In this document: in pieces, positions 40,294 through 50,394 of the stretch
How the letters are laid out: each line of letters opens with the position of its first letter
Position numbering within the stretch: position 1 is the first letter of the stretch
From: Planctomycetota bacterium
Lineage (GTDB): Bacteria > Planctomycetota > UBA8108 > SXIK01
Assembly: GCA_965223265.1 (NCBI GenBank)
Contig: OZ244999.1
Span: 4,736,001 to 4,800,000 of the forward strand
Direction of reading: 5' to 3'
Length of the DNA stretch: 64,000 nucleotides
Notes under the pieces: model-generated
The model's database searches: none
What the model was told of the DNA's origin: nothing
The model's input: the letters and a program-made list of their open reading frames with translations, nothing else
Translations under genes and position numbers: made by a program

Positions 40294-41427
40294 TCACAAA
40301 CCCTCCGCCCGCGCCCACAGCGCCGAGATCGCACGGTTGACCTCGTTCGCCGCATCCATCTGAATCAAGTGTCCCTTGCCGTCGATGATCTGCGTCTCGA
40401 CGTGATCTGGCAGATCGCTGGCGTGTGCAGCCGGGACGATCGCGTCCTGCTCGCCCCAGACCACCAAGGTCGGGACGGCGAGTTGCTCGAGCACTTCGCG
40501 CAGTAAGTTCGTCTGCTTGCCGTCAGCGCTGAACGCACTCGCGATCTTTCGTAGGGCCGCCTCGACGCCATCGAGCCGCTTGTACTTCAGGAGATCCTCA
40601 ACGAGCTGACGCGGGACCTTCGCTGTGTCCGCGAAGAGCTTCTGCACTTGTCGCTTCATCTCCTTGCGGCGACTGGCACTCGCGAACCCATCGATGTAGT
40701 CACTGTCGATCTCGGCGCCGAGGCCCGCACTGGCGAGGAGCGCCAGCGACCGGACGCGGTTGTCGGACCTCCGAGCCAGCTCCATTGCGACCGCTCCGCC
40801 GAGGGAATGGCCGACGAGGTGAACCGGTCCGAGCTCGAGCGCTGCCATGAATCTTTCGACGACGTCTGCGAACTCAGCCACCGTTCCGGTGTCAACGGTC
40901 TTGGAGGAGCCGCCGTGGCCAGGCAAGTCGATCGCATAAACCGCGCGATCACTCGCCAGCACTTCGTGATTGAAGAGCCAGTTGTTGAGGTCGCCACCGA
41001 AACCGTGGATGAGGATCGCGTTCGCGTCTCCGCCGCCGCGCCGCAAGTAGCGGATCGTCTGCCCTGCTACGTCGACCTGCTCGGGAGATGCAGCCGCGTC
41101 GGCGCCTGCCTCGGCTGCCGGCACGAAGTGAGCTTTGAAATCCGTGACGAGCGCGTCAATCTCGTCGTCGCTCACTTCGGCCGCCGCAATGATTCCAAGC
41201 AGACCGCCGACGGGGAGAACGTCACCGGCAGCGGCGATGCAGCGCCTCAGAACTCCACCATCGCTCGCCTCCACCGCACTGGTGATCTTGTCGGTCTCCA
41301 CCTCCATCAGCTGGTCGCCCGGCTGCACGGTCGCGCCGGCTTCGACGAGCCACTCTACCACCTTTCCCTCCTTCATGGAGAGTCCCCACTTCGGCATCGT
41401 GACGCTACGAATGGTGGAATCGGTCAT
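40294..41427 (-). CDS. acoC: acetoin dehydrogenase E2 (lipoyl domain + alpha/beta hydrolase)
   Basis: MPKWGLSMKEG, VETDKI lipoyl Lys, HGFGGDLNNWLFN, GHSLGG. Confidence 0.92.
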   Translation of the reverse strand: MTDSTIRSVTMPKWGLSMKEGKVVEWLVEAGATVQPGDQLMEVETDKITSAVEASDGGVLRRCIAAAGDVLPVGGLLGIIAAAEVSDDEIDALVTDFKAHFVPAAEAGADAAASPEQVDVAGQTIRYLRRGGGDANAILIHGFGGDLNNWLFNHEVLASDRAVYAIDLPGHGGSSKTVDTGTVAEFADVVERFMAALELGPVHLVGHSLGGAVAMELARRSDNRVRSLALLASAGLGAEIDSDYIDGFASASRRKEMKRQVQKLFADTAKVPRQLVEDLLKYKRLDGVEAALRKIASAFSADGKQTNLLREVLEQLAVPTLVVWGEQDAIVPAAHASDLPDHVETQIIDGKGHLIQMDAANEVNRAISALWARAEGL

Positions 41428-42437
41428 CGCGAATACCCCACCACCTCGCGGGCGGCGGCGGCGATGCGTTCGGCATTCGGGATGTAGAGATCCTCCAGGT
41501 CATCGCTGAAGGGAACTGGCGTGTGCGGTGGAGTGACCTTACGGATCGGCGCCCGGAGATTAGCAAAGGCTTTCTCGGCAACGAGCGACGAGATGTCGGC
41601 TGCCATGTTGCAGCGCGGTGACGCTTCGTCGACGACGACCAGGCGGCCCGTGTTTTCCACGCTCTCAAGCACCGTCTCCTCGTCGAGCGGCGCCGTCGTT
41701 CGTAGGTCGATGACCTCGCAGTCGATGCCTTCCTCGGCGAGCGTGTCAGCCGCTGCAGCAGCCATGTGGACCATGCGCCCGAGCGTGACGATGGTGAGGT
41801 CGCCGCCCTCGCGGACGATCTCCGCCTCACCGAACGGCACGGTGTAGCTCTCCTCGGGCACTTCGCCTTCGAGACTGTAGAGCAGCTTGTGTTCGAAGAA
41901 GATGACCGGATCGTTGTCGCGGATCGCTTCGATGAGGAGTCCTTTGGCGTCGTACGGCGTGGCCGGGATGACACACTTGAGGCCCGGGATGTGGGTGAAC
42001 ACCGGGTAGAGGCATTGGGAGTGTTGAGCGGCAGCACGGAACCCCGCCCCAATCATGGTGCGGATCACGACGGGCGTTTCAGCGCGGCCGCCAAACATGT
42101 AACGGAACTTCGCCGCCTGATTAAAAATCTGGTCGAAGCAGACGCCCATGAAGTCGACAAACATGAGCTCGGCCACGGGCCGAAGGCCGCAGGTCGCCGC
42201 GCCGACCGCCGCACCGATGAATGCCGACTCACTGATCGGCGTGTCCATGACGCGGTCGCCAAACTTGCCGTAGAGGCCTTTGGTCACTCCGAGCACACCG
42301 CCCCAGGCGTCCATCTCCCCTTCAGCGCCGTGGCCACCGGCGACGTCCTCTCCCATGACGACAACCGTGTCGTCATTCGCCATCTCCTGCGCCAGAGCTT
42401 CATTGATCGCTTGTTGAAACGTGATGGTTCGTGCCAT
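41424..42437 (-). CDS. acoB: acetoin dehydrogenase E1 beta subunit
   Basis: GEDV, DAWGGVLGVTKGL, DTPISE, AAQHSQ. Confidence 0.93.
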   Translation of the reverse strand: MARTITFQQAINEALAQEMANDDTVVVMGEDVAGGHGAEGEMDAWGGVLGVTKGLYGKFGDRVMDTPISESAFIGAAVGAATCGLRPVAELMFVDFMGVCFDQIFNQAAKFRYMFGGRAETPVVIRTMIGAGFRAAAQHSQCLYPVFTHIPGLKCVIPATPYDAKGLLIEAIRDNDPVIFFEHKLLYSLEGEVPEESYTVPFGEAEIVREGGDLTIVTLGRMVHMAAAAADTLAEEGIDCEVIDLRTTAPLDEETVLESVENTGRLVVVDEASPRCNMAADISSLVAEKAFANLRAPIRKVTPPHTPVPFSDDLEDLYIPNAERIAAAAREVVGYSR

Positions 42438-42451
42438 CGGTTTCCCCCTTC

Positions 42452-43420
42452 TCAGTAGGAGACGTAGACGTCGGTGAGGAGATCGGCCGCGGTCGGCTTC
42501 GGGTCTGCCTTCGCTTTCTCTACGGCAGCATCGATCTGCGTTCTGACTTCGCCGTCGATCTTGTCCAGCTGCGCGGCGTCCACGAGCCCGGCGTCGGCGA
42601 CTTGCCGCGCGAAGTTGGTGATGCAGTCGCGAGTCTCTCGCAGCTTCTCGACTTCCTGCGGACCGCGGTAGGTCTGCGCGTCGCCTTCGAAGTGTCCGTA
42701 GTAGCGATTCACCTTGCACTCGATCAGCGTCGGCCCGCCGCCGTCGCGCGCCCTCGCGATGGCTTCCCCCGCGGTCTCGTAAACAGCGAAGAAGTCATGC
42801 CCGTCGATGGTCACTCCCGGCATGTTGAAGCCGCTGGCGCGATCGGAGACGTCGTCGCAGGCGACCGAATACTTGCAGGACGTCGCCTCAGCGTAACCGT
42901 TGTTCTCAACAACGAAGATGCACGGAAGATTCCATACCGCAGCGAGGTTGAGGCTCTCGAAGGTTGTGCCCTGATTGGAGCCACCGTCGCCGACGAATCC
43001 TACGGCTACGCCGTTGGTGCCCAGCTGTTTCGCCGCCAGCCCGGCGCCGCAGACCAGCGGCGGTCCGCCGCCGACGATCCCGTTCGCTCCCATCATCCCC
43101 TTGTCGAGGTCGGCGATGTGCATCGAGCCGCCCTTTCCGGCGCAGAGACCTGTCGATCGACCATAGATCTCCGCCATCATGAGGTCGACATCACATCCTT
43201 TGGCGATGCAGTGACCGTGGCCACGGTGCGTGCTGGCGATTCTGTCGCGGTCGCCCAAGTGAAGACAGACTCCCGTCGCGATCGCTTCTTCGCCGGCGTA
43301 GAGATGGACGAATCCAGGGATTTCGCCGGTCGCGAATTCGACGTGGAGTCGCTCTTCGAACTCACGGATCGTCCTCATGGTACGGTACGCCGTGAGTAAC
43401 TCATCTCGACTGAGTTCCAT
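42452..43420 (-). CDS. acoA: acetoin dehydrogenase E1 alpha subunit
   Basis: GFVHLYAGEEA, STHRGHGH, GDG...NN TPP motif, GHFEGD. Confidence 0.93.
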   Translation of the reverse strand: MELSRDELLTAYRTMRTIREFEERLHVEFATGEIPGFVHLYAGEEAIATGVCLHLGDRDRIASTHRGHGHCIAKGCDVDLMMAEIYGRSTGLCAGKGGSMHIADLDKGMMGANGIVGGGPPLVCGAGLAAKQLGTNGVAVGFVGDGGSNQGTTFESLNLAAVWNLPCIFVVENNGYAEATSCKYSVACDDVSDRASGFNMPGVTIDGHDFFAVYETAGEAIARARDGGGPTLIECKVNRYYGHFEGDAQTYRGPQEVEKLRETRDCITNFARQVADAGLVDAAQLDKIDGEVRTQIDAAVEKAKADPKPTAADLLTDVYVSY

Positions 43421-43421
43421 G

Positions 43422-44495
43422 CTAAGCCCTTTCGGTTCGTGCTTTTGGTTGGCGGCCGTCTCGCTGCTCGCTAACTGCCAGGAGACCATCCTTTGCGGCG
43501 ATCATCATCACCTGCGCGACATCGATCGTGAGAGGTCCGTCGCGCGTCACCCGAATCGATACTTGATCGTTCTCGGTGAATTCTATCTCCCTCTCGCCGT
43601 CAAGCGCAATCACACCGCGAGTGGCTTCAACTCGTCGGGGCTCGTCGAGCGCGAGCTGATCGACCCGTCCAACGCCGAACGTCCGGACGAGTCCGGGGGC
43701 GAGCGGCGCGTGAATGATCCGGGTCGCTTCGGCGGGAGAGAGGAGCTGAACGTACACTCCACCCGGGGTGGCACGCGAGAGCGGACGGAGAAGCCCCGCG
43801 ATCGACGAGAGCCCTACCGCGTCCGGCTCGGCGAAGGCGGCGAAGATCTCTCGGATACTCTCCGCGCGCCACAGTGCACGCGACCCGGTCCAGAGTTCGT
43901 CGGAGATCGCAACGTCGACAAGCGCCAGATCACTCGGTGCGCCGTTGACGTCGATGCGAAGCACCTTGCTGCGATGCGTCGCGTCACTCGTCGGCACTCG
44001 TCCAGTCGCAACCAGCCCGGTCGCCAGCCCGGCGACCGTGGCTTCTCGCATTGCCGGAAACACGTTGTTGGTGCCCGTGGAAAGAGCCATGAGTGGGATC
44101 TCCCCGCACGCTTTCGCCACCAGTCGATGGGTGCCGTCGCCACCGAGGACGACGATCGCTTGAACCTCCGCCGCCACCATCGCAGTCGTCGCGCGTACGG
44201 TGTCCATGGGCCCAGACTCGATTTCCATATCAATGAGTTCGACTCGCGGCCATGCAGGATCGTCCGACCGGCGGGAACTGAGCGCCCGGTCGACGCGAGC
44301 GGTGAGGCCGTCGGCGTCCGGCATGATGAGGACTCGCTCGACGCCGGTGATCGCCAGCGCCGAGAGTAGCCGGCCGATCATGCTGCACTTCTCGGCGATC
44401 GGAAAGACCGATGCCCGCGCGACCAATCGACGGATGTCGCGACCGGAAGCCGGGTTCGCCACAATGCCGACGGTGACTGGCGCACCCCGTTTCAT
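43422..44495 (-). CDS. acoX: AcoX (ATP-NAD kinase family)
   Basis: ANPASGRDIRRL, GGDGT, STGTNNVFP, ALDGERE; position at the head of the aco operon. Confidence 0.88.
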   Translation of the reverse strand: MKRGAPVTVGIVANPASGRDIRRLVARASVFPIAEKCSMIGRLLSALAITGVERVLIMPDADGLTARVDRALSSRRSDDPAWPRVELIDMEIESGPMDTVRATTAMVAAEVQAIVVLGGDGTHRLVAKACGEIPLMALSTGTNNVFPAMREATVAGLATGLVATGRVPTSDATHRSKVLRIDVNGAPSDLALVDVAISDELWTGSRALWRAESIREIFAAFAEPDAVGLSSIAGLLRPLSRATPGGVYVQLLSPAEATRIIHAPLAPGLVRTFGVGRVDQLALDEPRRVEATRGVIALDGEREIEFTENDQVSIRVTRDGPLTIDVAQVMMIAAKDGLLAVSEQRDGRQPKARTERA

Positions 44496-44690
44496 GGCGC
44501 GACTCGCGCCTCATGAGGCGTCATGACGATGTATCGATGCGGATTCATGGCTTGAAGTGTAAGCTCAAGGTTCCTTTAGGTCGACGCTTCGGCCTCAGTA
44601 TCCTGAGCGCTCGGGGTCCGGGAAGAAAACGCAGAAGAGTCGGTTTTCGCCTGCAATGAAGCCACAGGAATCTACTGTCACGGGCGACTT

Positions 44691-44710
44691 GTTGACCTCA
44701 TGACGTCAAC
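44691..44710. promoter_or_regulatory. 20-bp near-perfect palindrome, candidate operator
   Basis: GTTGACcTCATGAcGTCAAC, 75 bp upstream of the radical SAM gene. Confidence 0.45.
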
Positions 44711-44785
44711 CTTGATCGCCAGCTCTTCTGTCCGAGATTTCATCTAACAAACTCGCTGCTCGCACGTCATCTTGGCAGTAGTAGG

Positions 44786-46003
44786 ATGACATCGACCATG
44801 CCTCACAGCACGATCTCCGCGACTTTTCACCTCACTCACAACTGTAACTTGCGGTGCGCGTACTGCTACACGGGGGAAAAGTTCGGCGCTGGCATGTCGG
44901 GTGAGACCGCCGGACACGCCGTCGACTTCTCGCTCGCCGAGGCGAGGCGGCAGTCAGCTGACCACCTGGAGGTCGTCTTCTTCGGGGGGGAGCCTCTCCT
45001 GCGGCGCGATCTCCTGTATTGGGTCGTCGACCAAGTTCGCGCACGAGCGGGTGACGATCTCGATGTGTCGTTCAAGATGAGCACGAACGGCATCCTCCTG
45101 AACGAACGCACCGTTAGCGAGTTGGCACGACGCGAGGTCTACGTTTCGATCAGCCTCGACGGCGACCCGGCAGCGCACGACGCACAGCGACCCGACGCGA
45201 ACGGGAACGGCACGGCCGCGCGACTGACCGAGGTCATCCCACGGCTCCTGGCGTGGAACCCGTGCGCCGCTGTGAACTGCGTCGTTACGCCGCATTCGGC
45301 CGCACACCTCGACCGATCTGTTGCCTGGCTGTTCGAGCACGGCTTTCGCTACGTCTCGACTGCTATCGACTACTCCGGCAAGTGGACCCGCCGCTCCTTT
45401 CGCGCGCTCAGAAAAGCATATCGTCGCCTCGGGGACTGGTACATCGACCGGACGCTCGCGGGCCATAAGTTCTACCTCAGCTGTTTCGATGAGCGCATCC
45501 GTACGCGCACCCGCGGCCCACTCGAGCGCTCAGAGCGCTGCTCGATCGGCTTGCGCCAGTTCTCGATCGCCCCCTCAGGCCGCATCTACCCCTGCGTTCA
45601 ATTCGTTCGAGAGGACGACGACGACGAGTTCGTCATCGGCGATGTCGTGAACGGATTCAGCGAGCGTCGCCGACACGCGGTCAACAGGTCTTCCGAAGGC
45701 GAGCGCGCCGAATGCAGTGGCTGCGTCCTCATCGAGCGTTGCTCGAGCTGGTGCGCCTGCGTCAACTGGCAGTCGACCGGGAGCCTCGATCGCGCCAGTC
45801 CAATGGTCTGCGAGCACGACCGCATGCTGATGCCGATCGCCGACCGCGTCGCCAACTCGCTCTGGAAACGACGCAGCTCCCTCTTCATTCACAAACAGTA
45901 CAACCCAGCGTTCCCTGTTCTCGATTTCCTCGAAGACGTCGTCGTCCGAGAGCTCGACACCGCCGAGGTCGACGCCAGCGACAACATCTCGGAAAACTTC
46001 TAG
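44786..46003 (+). CDS. radical SAM / SPASM domain protein
   Basis: CNLRCAYC, FFGGEPLL, STNG, SISLDG; SPASM C..GRIYPC..CSGC-x5-C-x3-C. Confidence 0.94.
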   Translation: MTSTMPHSTISATFHLTHNCNLRCAYCYTGEKFGAGMSGETAGHAVDFSLAEARRQSADHLEVVFFGGEPLLRRDLLYWVVDQVRARAGDDLDVSFKMSTNGILLNERTVSELARREVYVSISLDGDPAAHDAQRPDANGNGTAARLTEVIPRLLAWNPCAAVNCVVTPHSAAHLDRSVAWLFEHGFRYVSTAIDYSGKWTRRSFRALRKAYRRLGDWYIDRTLAGHKFYLSCFDERIRTRTRGPLERSERCSIGLRQFSIAPSGRIYPCVQFVREDDDDEFVIGDVVNGFSERRRHAVNRSSEGERAECSGCVLIERCSSWCACVNWQSTGSLDRASPMVCEHDRMLMPIADRVANSLWKRRSSLFIHKQYNPAFPVLDFLEDVVVRELDTAEVDASDNISENF

Positions 46004-46014
46004 GAGAACCCGCG

Positions 46015-46953
46015 ATGAGAGATCGCCCTTTCGAAGTCAAACCCGTCCGGAGCTACGGGGTGGCCAAGTACCCCTCGGACGAGGATCCGGATCCGTGCTC
46101 GTACCCGGCCCCCGTGCCTTTCCCCTTCAGTCGTGCTTTCATCTCCGCACTCACCGGGTTCGGTATCGCCGCGGGCGGCGCTGTGCTGGCCGCTGAGGAT
46201 TCCAAGGACGCCACCGCGTCAAAGAGCCCTGAATCGCCGAACCCGTTCGCTGTAAAATACAGCGGCCTCCCGCATCGCACCTCGCCCTACGGCACTGGGC
46301 AGCCGTGCTATGTCCAGGAAGACCTCGCTCGCAAGGTCATCGAACGGGTCTTCCGTGAAGAAGGCATTCGGTTGGTGAAGAATCAGCGTCTGCGCGACGA
46401 GGAAGTCGAATTCGTAACCGACGGGTACGACTCCCTGACCGGCATCGGGTACGTCTTCGCGGACGCCTCTAACCTCGACGACGACGCCTACATTTCGTGG
46501 ATGGCGAGGTCCCCCACGGAACAGAGCGCGAAGGCCCTCCGCACGGCGCTTCGATTAGAAAAGCACCGGGCGGAGAAACATCTCGCCAAGGAGATCGACG
46601 CGGCGCTGGCCCTTGAGGACGACGCCGCGTTCCTCACAGCCTGCAAGCGGGTCCGTCACCTCCTCAAGCGCAGCAAGCTATCCCTGTCGGAGGCGAAGAA
46701 ACTGGAAGAGCGCGCCGAGGAAGGCGAACAGTTCGTCGCGGTCATCAGTCGTTTCGACAGACGCTACGCGACGTCGTGCCTCCCCAGCGCCCTTCAGCGT
46801 CAAAAGCTGAAGGCGATCGTTGAGATTTCGGACGAGAAAGAGCGTGCCGCGGCGCTGAACAAGTTTCGTGAGGCGGCGGCGAGAGACTCGCTCGAGCGAC
46901 TGGAGCGTCACGTCAAGGAGTACATCCGTTGGGCGCGCTCGCAGGGGATGTGA
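46015..46953 (+). CDS. hypothetical protein with leader-like N-terminus and signal peptide; candidate radical SAM substrate
   Basis: AGGAG RBS overlapping the rSAM stop; FEVKPVRSYGVAKYP, then a hydrophobic segment ending VLAA. Confidence 0.8.
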   Translation: MRDRPFEVKPVRSYGVAKYPSDEDPDPCSYPAPVPFPFSRAFISALTGFGIAAGGAVLAAEDSKDATASKSPESPNPFAVKYSGLPHRTSPYGTGQPCYVQEDLARKVIERVFREEGIRLVKNQRLRDEEVEFVTDGYDSLTGIGYVFADASNLDDDAYISWMARSPTEQSAKALRTALRLEKHRAEKHLAKEIDAALALEDDAAFLTACKRVRHLLKRSKLSLSEAKKLEERAEEGEQFVAVISRFDRRYATSCLPSALQRQKLKAIVEISDEKERAAALNKFREAAARDSLERLERHVKEYIRWARSQGM

Positions 46954-47187
46954 GCGCAGCCGATCGGCCTGGTGACACTCCGGGGTAGAAATCCGCGCCT
47001 CGCTCAACCAAGAGCTTGACCAAATCGATTGACCGCCGAGAGTTCTACAATCGACTCTTCGGGACGACTGATTCGCCGTGATCCGCGCGGATACGGCACG
47101 TACTCCTCGGCATGCTGCATGAGCTCTGCACTCCGGATTGCGTTTGGTACCAACGTTCTTACCGTTACGCAGCAGCACGAGCGAGCC

Positions 47188-48354
47188 TCAGGAGAACACC
47201 CAACCGCGGTCGCGCCTTAGTTTTTCGACTTCTTCATTCGAGAGAAAGAGGACGTAGCGGCTGTGGAACGCGCCTTCCTCTCCCGGGCTTCCGCGAGTGT
47301 CGACCAACACAAACTGGCTGTCGCTTCTTGCTCCAAAGCTCTCGTTGATCGCCGGCAGACATTCGAGCACGACGTCGTCGTCCTGCACCAACTGCAGTGG
47401 CTCGCAGCGCTTATCCGCCACGACGAACGAGAACACCCCTCCCGTGCCTTCCGGTTCTTCACGCAATTCTCTTGGATCAAAGGCGCCTCTCGAAACCTTC
47501 GCCAGCGTCCTCAAAAACAGCTCGGCACGCTCTTGAGGCGAGCCCTCCTGCCACTCCTCGTCATCGCCGACACAGAGGCGATACTCCCACCAAACGCGAT
47601 GCGGACTCAAGATCGACAACAATGTCAAGTCGACCATCTCTGAAGCTTGCGGCAGAAGATCGAGCACCTCCATGCTGAAGACATCCTCCAGCTCGTCGTA
47701 GTCATCGACAACGACCAGAACACCCTGGAAGGCCTCAAAGAGATCCTCGTCGTACTCAAGAGTCATTGCCGTCAGCTTCGCGTCGGTGACACCCACCGCC
47801 GCTTCGAGCAAGCCGAACGCTCGAAAGTACTGCACAAATTCGGCAACGAGGGTGTGTAACCGTTCACGTTGACCCTGCCGCTCCTTCGCCAACTGCGCGG
47901 GCGACGGACGGTTGACGTAGTTCCACTTCTGATAGAAACGGTCGTGCACGCACATCGTCAGTAGATTCGGGTCAATACGTTTCAACTTTCGATCAAAAGT
48001 GAGCGCGGCGAAGTGCGCCATCAACTCGCTGACCGCCGCTCCGGCGAAACGCTCTGTCCTTCCCGCCTCCTCCCACTCCACCTCGGCAACACAATTGCTC
48101 ACGACGATTTCTTTGCCTTTGAGAACTCCCCCGGAGATCTCGCACCATACGGCGCACCTCGCGCTCTCAAAGATCACCGCGAACAACTCGTGATCCTTGT
48201 GCAAGAACCCCTGTCCTTGGATTCCCAAAGACGGTAATGAAAAGCACTCGGTCGTTGCCTCGAAGTCGATCTCTCTCAGGTGCCGCGTCACAGTCGCAAC
48301 CGCCCCGGAATCTGACCACGAAAGGCTGCCTGCAGGGTCGACTGGATTCTTCAT
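47188..48354 (-). CDS. hypothetical protein (388 aa, acidic)
   Basis: Long ORF with plausible composition; no recognised motif. Confidence 0.65.
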   Translation of the reverse strand: MKNPVDPAGSLSWSDSGAVATVTRHLREIDFEATTECFSLPSLGIQGQGFLHKDHELFAVIFESARCAVWCEISGGVLKGKEIVVSNCVAEVEWEEAGRTERFAGAAVSELMAHFAALTFDRKLKRIDPNLLTMCVHDRFYQKWNYVNRPSPAQLAKERQGQRERLHTLVAEFVQYFRAFGLLEAAVGVTDAKLTAMTLEYDEDLFEAFQGVLVVVDDYDELEDVFSMEVLDLLPQASEMVDLTLLSILSPHRVWWEYRLCVGDDEEWQEGSPQERAELFLRTLAKVSRGAFDPRELREEPEGTGGVFSFVVADKRCEPLQLVQDDDVVLECLPAINESFGARSDSQFVLVDTRGSPGEEGAFHSRYVLFLSNEEVEKLRRDRGWVFS

Positions 48355-48779
48355 GCTTTGTGCACCATGCGCCGCTAGCGATGAACTCGTTCGATGTCTT
48401 GATCGACAGCGAACACACTCCGCCGGCTACGTTTACCGACTCTCGACTCGCGCAGACGGTCATCGGCCGCAGGCCGCCGAACGCGGTGACGGTGGACGGC
48501 CACAACGTGAACGCCGTCGAAACTTGCGCGAAATCTCCCGGGTGCGCAGCACTCACCTGCGCAGGAGTCTTCGTCGACTGACCGGCGAGGTGCGCCAACC
48601 GATTCAAAAACCCACCGCGCTTGAATGGAAACCAGGTGAAACTCTGAGGCTGACTGTAATGCGCTGTTTGCCAGTAGTTGACGCTGCGTTCTTGCGCTAC
48701 TACCATCATTCCGTGGTCTATCACTCCCGCGAGGCCGCGAGGACTCCACGGCGATCTTGACTTTCTGATCGGGCGCAGA

Positions 48780-49730
48780 ATGGAAGACTCCAAATTCGTA
48801 CTCGCCGCTGTCTGCTCCTCGCTCGAAGAGGCTACCGCTGCGGGAATCACTCTCGAAGAGGCTCGGATCCCCGTTTTGGTAGATCCCAACGACGCGTCAG
48901 GAGCCTTCCCCAATCTTCAAGAGGTCAAAGGTATCCATCTACTGGTTCCTGAAGACCAGCTTGGCGCCGCTCGTGAGCTTCTTGATGAACGAGTACCTCT
49001 CGACGAGCTCGTTGAAGAGGACGCTGATGAGCTCTCAAGAGCAGAGGCCACAGTCTTTGGCTCGGAGAAACCCTCTCGCAGTTTCCTCCCGAGAGTGTGC
49101 GACGTGCTCCTCCTCGTCACGATCGGATTCTTGCTTGGCTTTCTCTGCACGCACTATGGACTCCTCGAAGGATTTTCCTCTTGGCTCCCGACCGACAGTC
49201 GCTCTCGCTTGGCTCAAGACGCTAACGGGGACGGAAAAGCGGACAATTGGTTAACCTTCGCGCCGAATGGGGACATGCTACGATTCGAATCCGATCAGAA
49301 CTTCGATGGATCACCAGATGCATGGTACGTCTACAAGTCGGGGATTCCGGTTCGTTCGCGACTGGATAGAGACTTTGACGGGGTACCAGATGCGTGGTAC
49401 GTCTACGAGTCAGGGATTCCGATTCGCTCAAAGCTCGACAGAGACTTCGACGGGTCAGAGGATACGTGGGAAATCTACGAGTCCGGAATTCTGATGCTCT
49501 CGAAGATCGACATCGACGGCGACGAAACGCCTGACGTCTACGAACACTATGAGCACGGCGTGGTTTCCGAGGTGGAATGGAGACCCACGGGCAACGAACC
49601 TGTCAGACGCGAAGTCTATTCCAACGGCGTGCTCCAGGAAGTCTATGTGCGCACCCCTTCGGGTATGAAGCTCTCCGAAAGACTCGATCGATCTGGTGCG
49701 CCCTTGCCGCTCACCGACCTGGGACAATGA
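48780..49730 (+). CDS. membrane protein: DUF2007-like N-terminal domain, TM helix, DxD/NxDGxPD repeats
   Basis: GIHLLVPEDQLGAARELL; hydrophobic helix; about five 22-aa repeats of the RDFDGxPDAWYVYESG type. Confidence 0.72.
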   Translation: MEDSKFVLAAVCSSLEEATAAGITLEEARIPVLVDPNDASGAFPNLQEVKGIHLLVPEDQLGAARELLDERVPLDELVEEDADELSRAEATVFGSEKPSRSFLPRVCDVLLLVTIGFLLGFLCTHYGLLEGFSSWLPTDSRSRLAQDANGDGKADNWLTFAPNGDMLRFESDQNFDGSPDAWYVYKSGIPVRSRLDRDFDGVPDAWYVYESGIPIRSKLDRDFDGSEDTWEIYESGILMLSKIDIDGDETPDVYEHYEHGVVSEVEWRPTGNEPVRREVYSNGVLQEVYVRTPSGMKLSERLDRSGAPLPLTDLGQ

Positions 49731-49960
49731 AGGGAAAGTGCAACGGACGTGCGAGTTTCACTCTTCGCCGTTCTCGCTCGCGACCCTTTTCTCTGCGACA
49801 CGTCGGAATTAGACTGTCTTAGGGACGCGGCGCCGCCCAGGGAGCCTCAAAGTAGATTCACCGCGGGCGCCGGTCCAGTGGACGAGCCCCGTTTGGCCCC
49901 GAGACGGCGGACAGGTCGGTGATTCAGGCGCCAAGCACACCACCCGAGCGGAGCCCTGGA

Positions 49961-50371
49961 ATGCACATAGACGTGGCGAAGTTGTCTGCAGTGATTGCTG
50001 GTTTCGCGGTCGCAGTGACGTCGCTCGTAGTTGCTGCTCTCGTCACGCGAATCATCTATCGATTTTGCCTCAACCGGGAACATCGGGGCGCTTACGGTCC
50101 GGAGTATCTCGTCGCGTGCACGATTTTCGTGCTGCCGGGTGTGACCACGATGCTGCGCCCCGGGAGTCTTCTTTATTCCATCTTTTACTTTGTCGATGCT
50201 GTTCCAGGCATTCAGTCCGGTGTTGACGGCTTCACCGGTACGCTCGCTGTGATCATGGGCCACATGGTGTGGGGATCTCTCACCGGCTGGATCATCGTCG
50301 CATGCATCGAGCTGGTACGGCGACAGCGTCGGCAAATGGCGCCAAGATCATCGACACCCACCGACACGTAG
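49961..50371 (+). CDS. small membrane protein
   Basis: Three hydrophobic segments, GGAG upstream. Confidence 0.55.
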   Translation: MHIDVAKLSAVIAGFAVAVTSLVVAALVTRIIYRFCLNREHRGAYGPEYLVACTIFVLPGVTTMLRPGSLLYSIFYFVDAVPGIQSGVDGFTGTLAVIMGHMVWGSLTGWIIVACIELVRRQRRQMAPRSSTPTDT

Positions 50372-50394
50372 AACGATCAAGTTTTTTCACCCTT

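Noticed and set aside
48381-48581. Short ORF with VTVDGHNVNAVE, resembling a TPP-enzyme segment
   Set aside because: Too short, with no supporting motifs; could be chance
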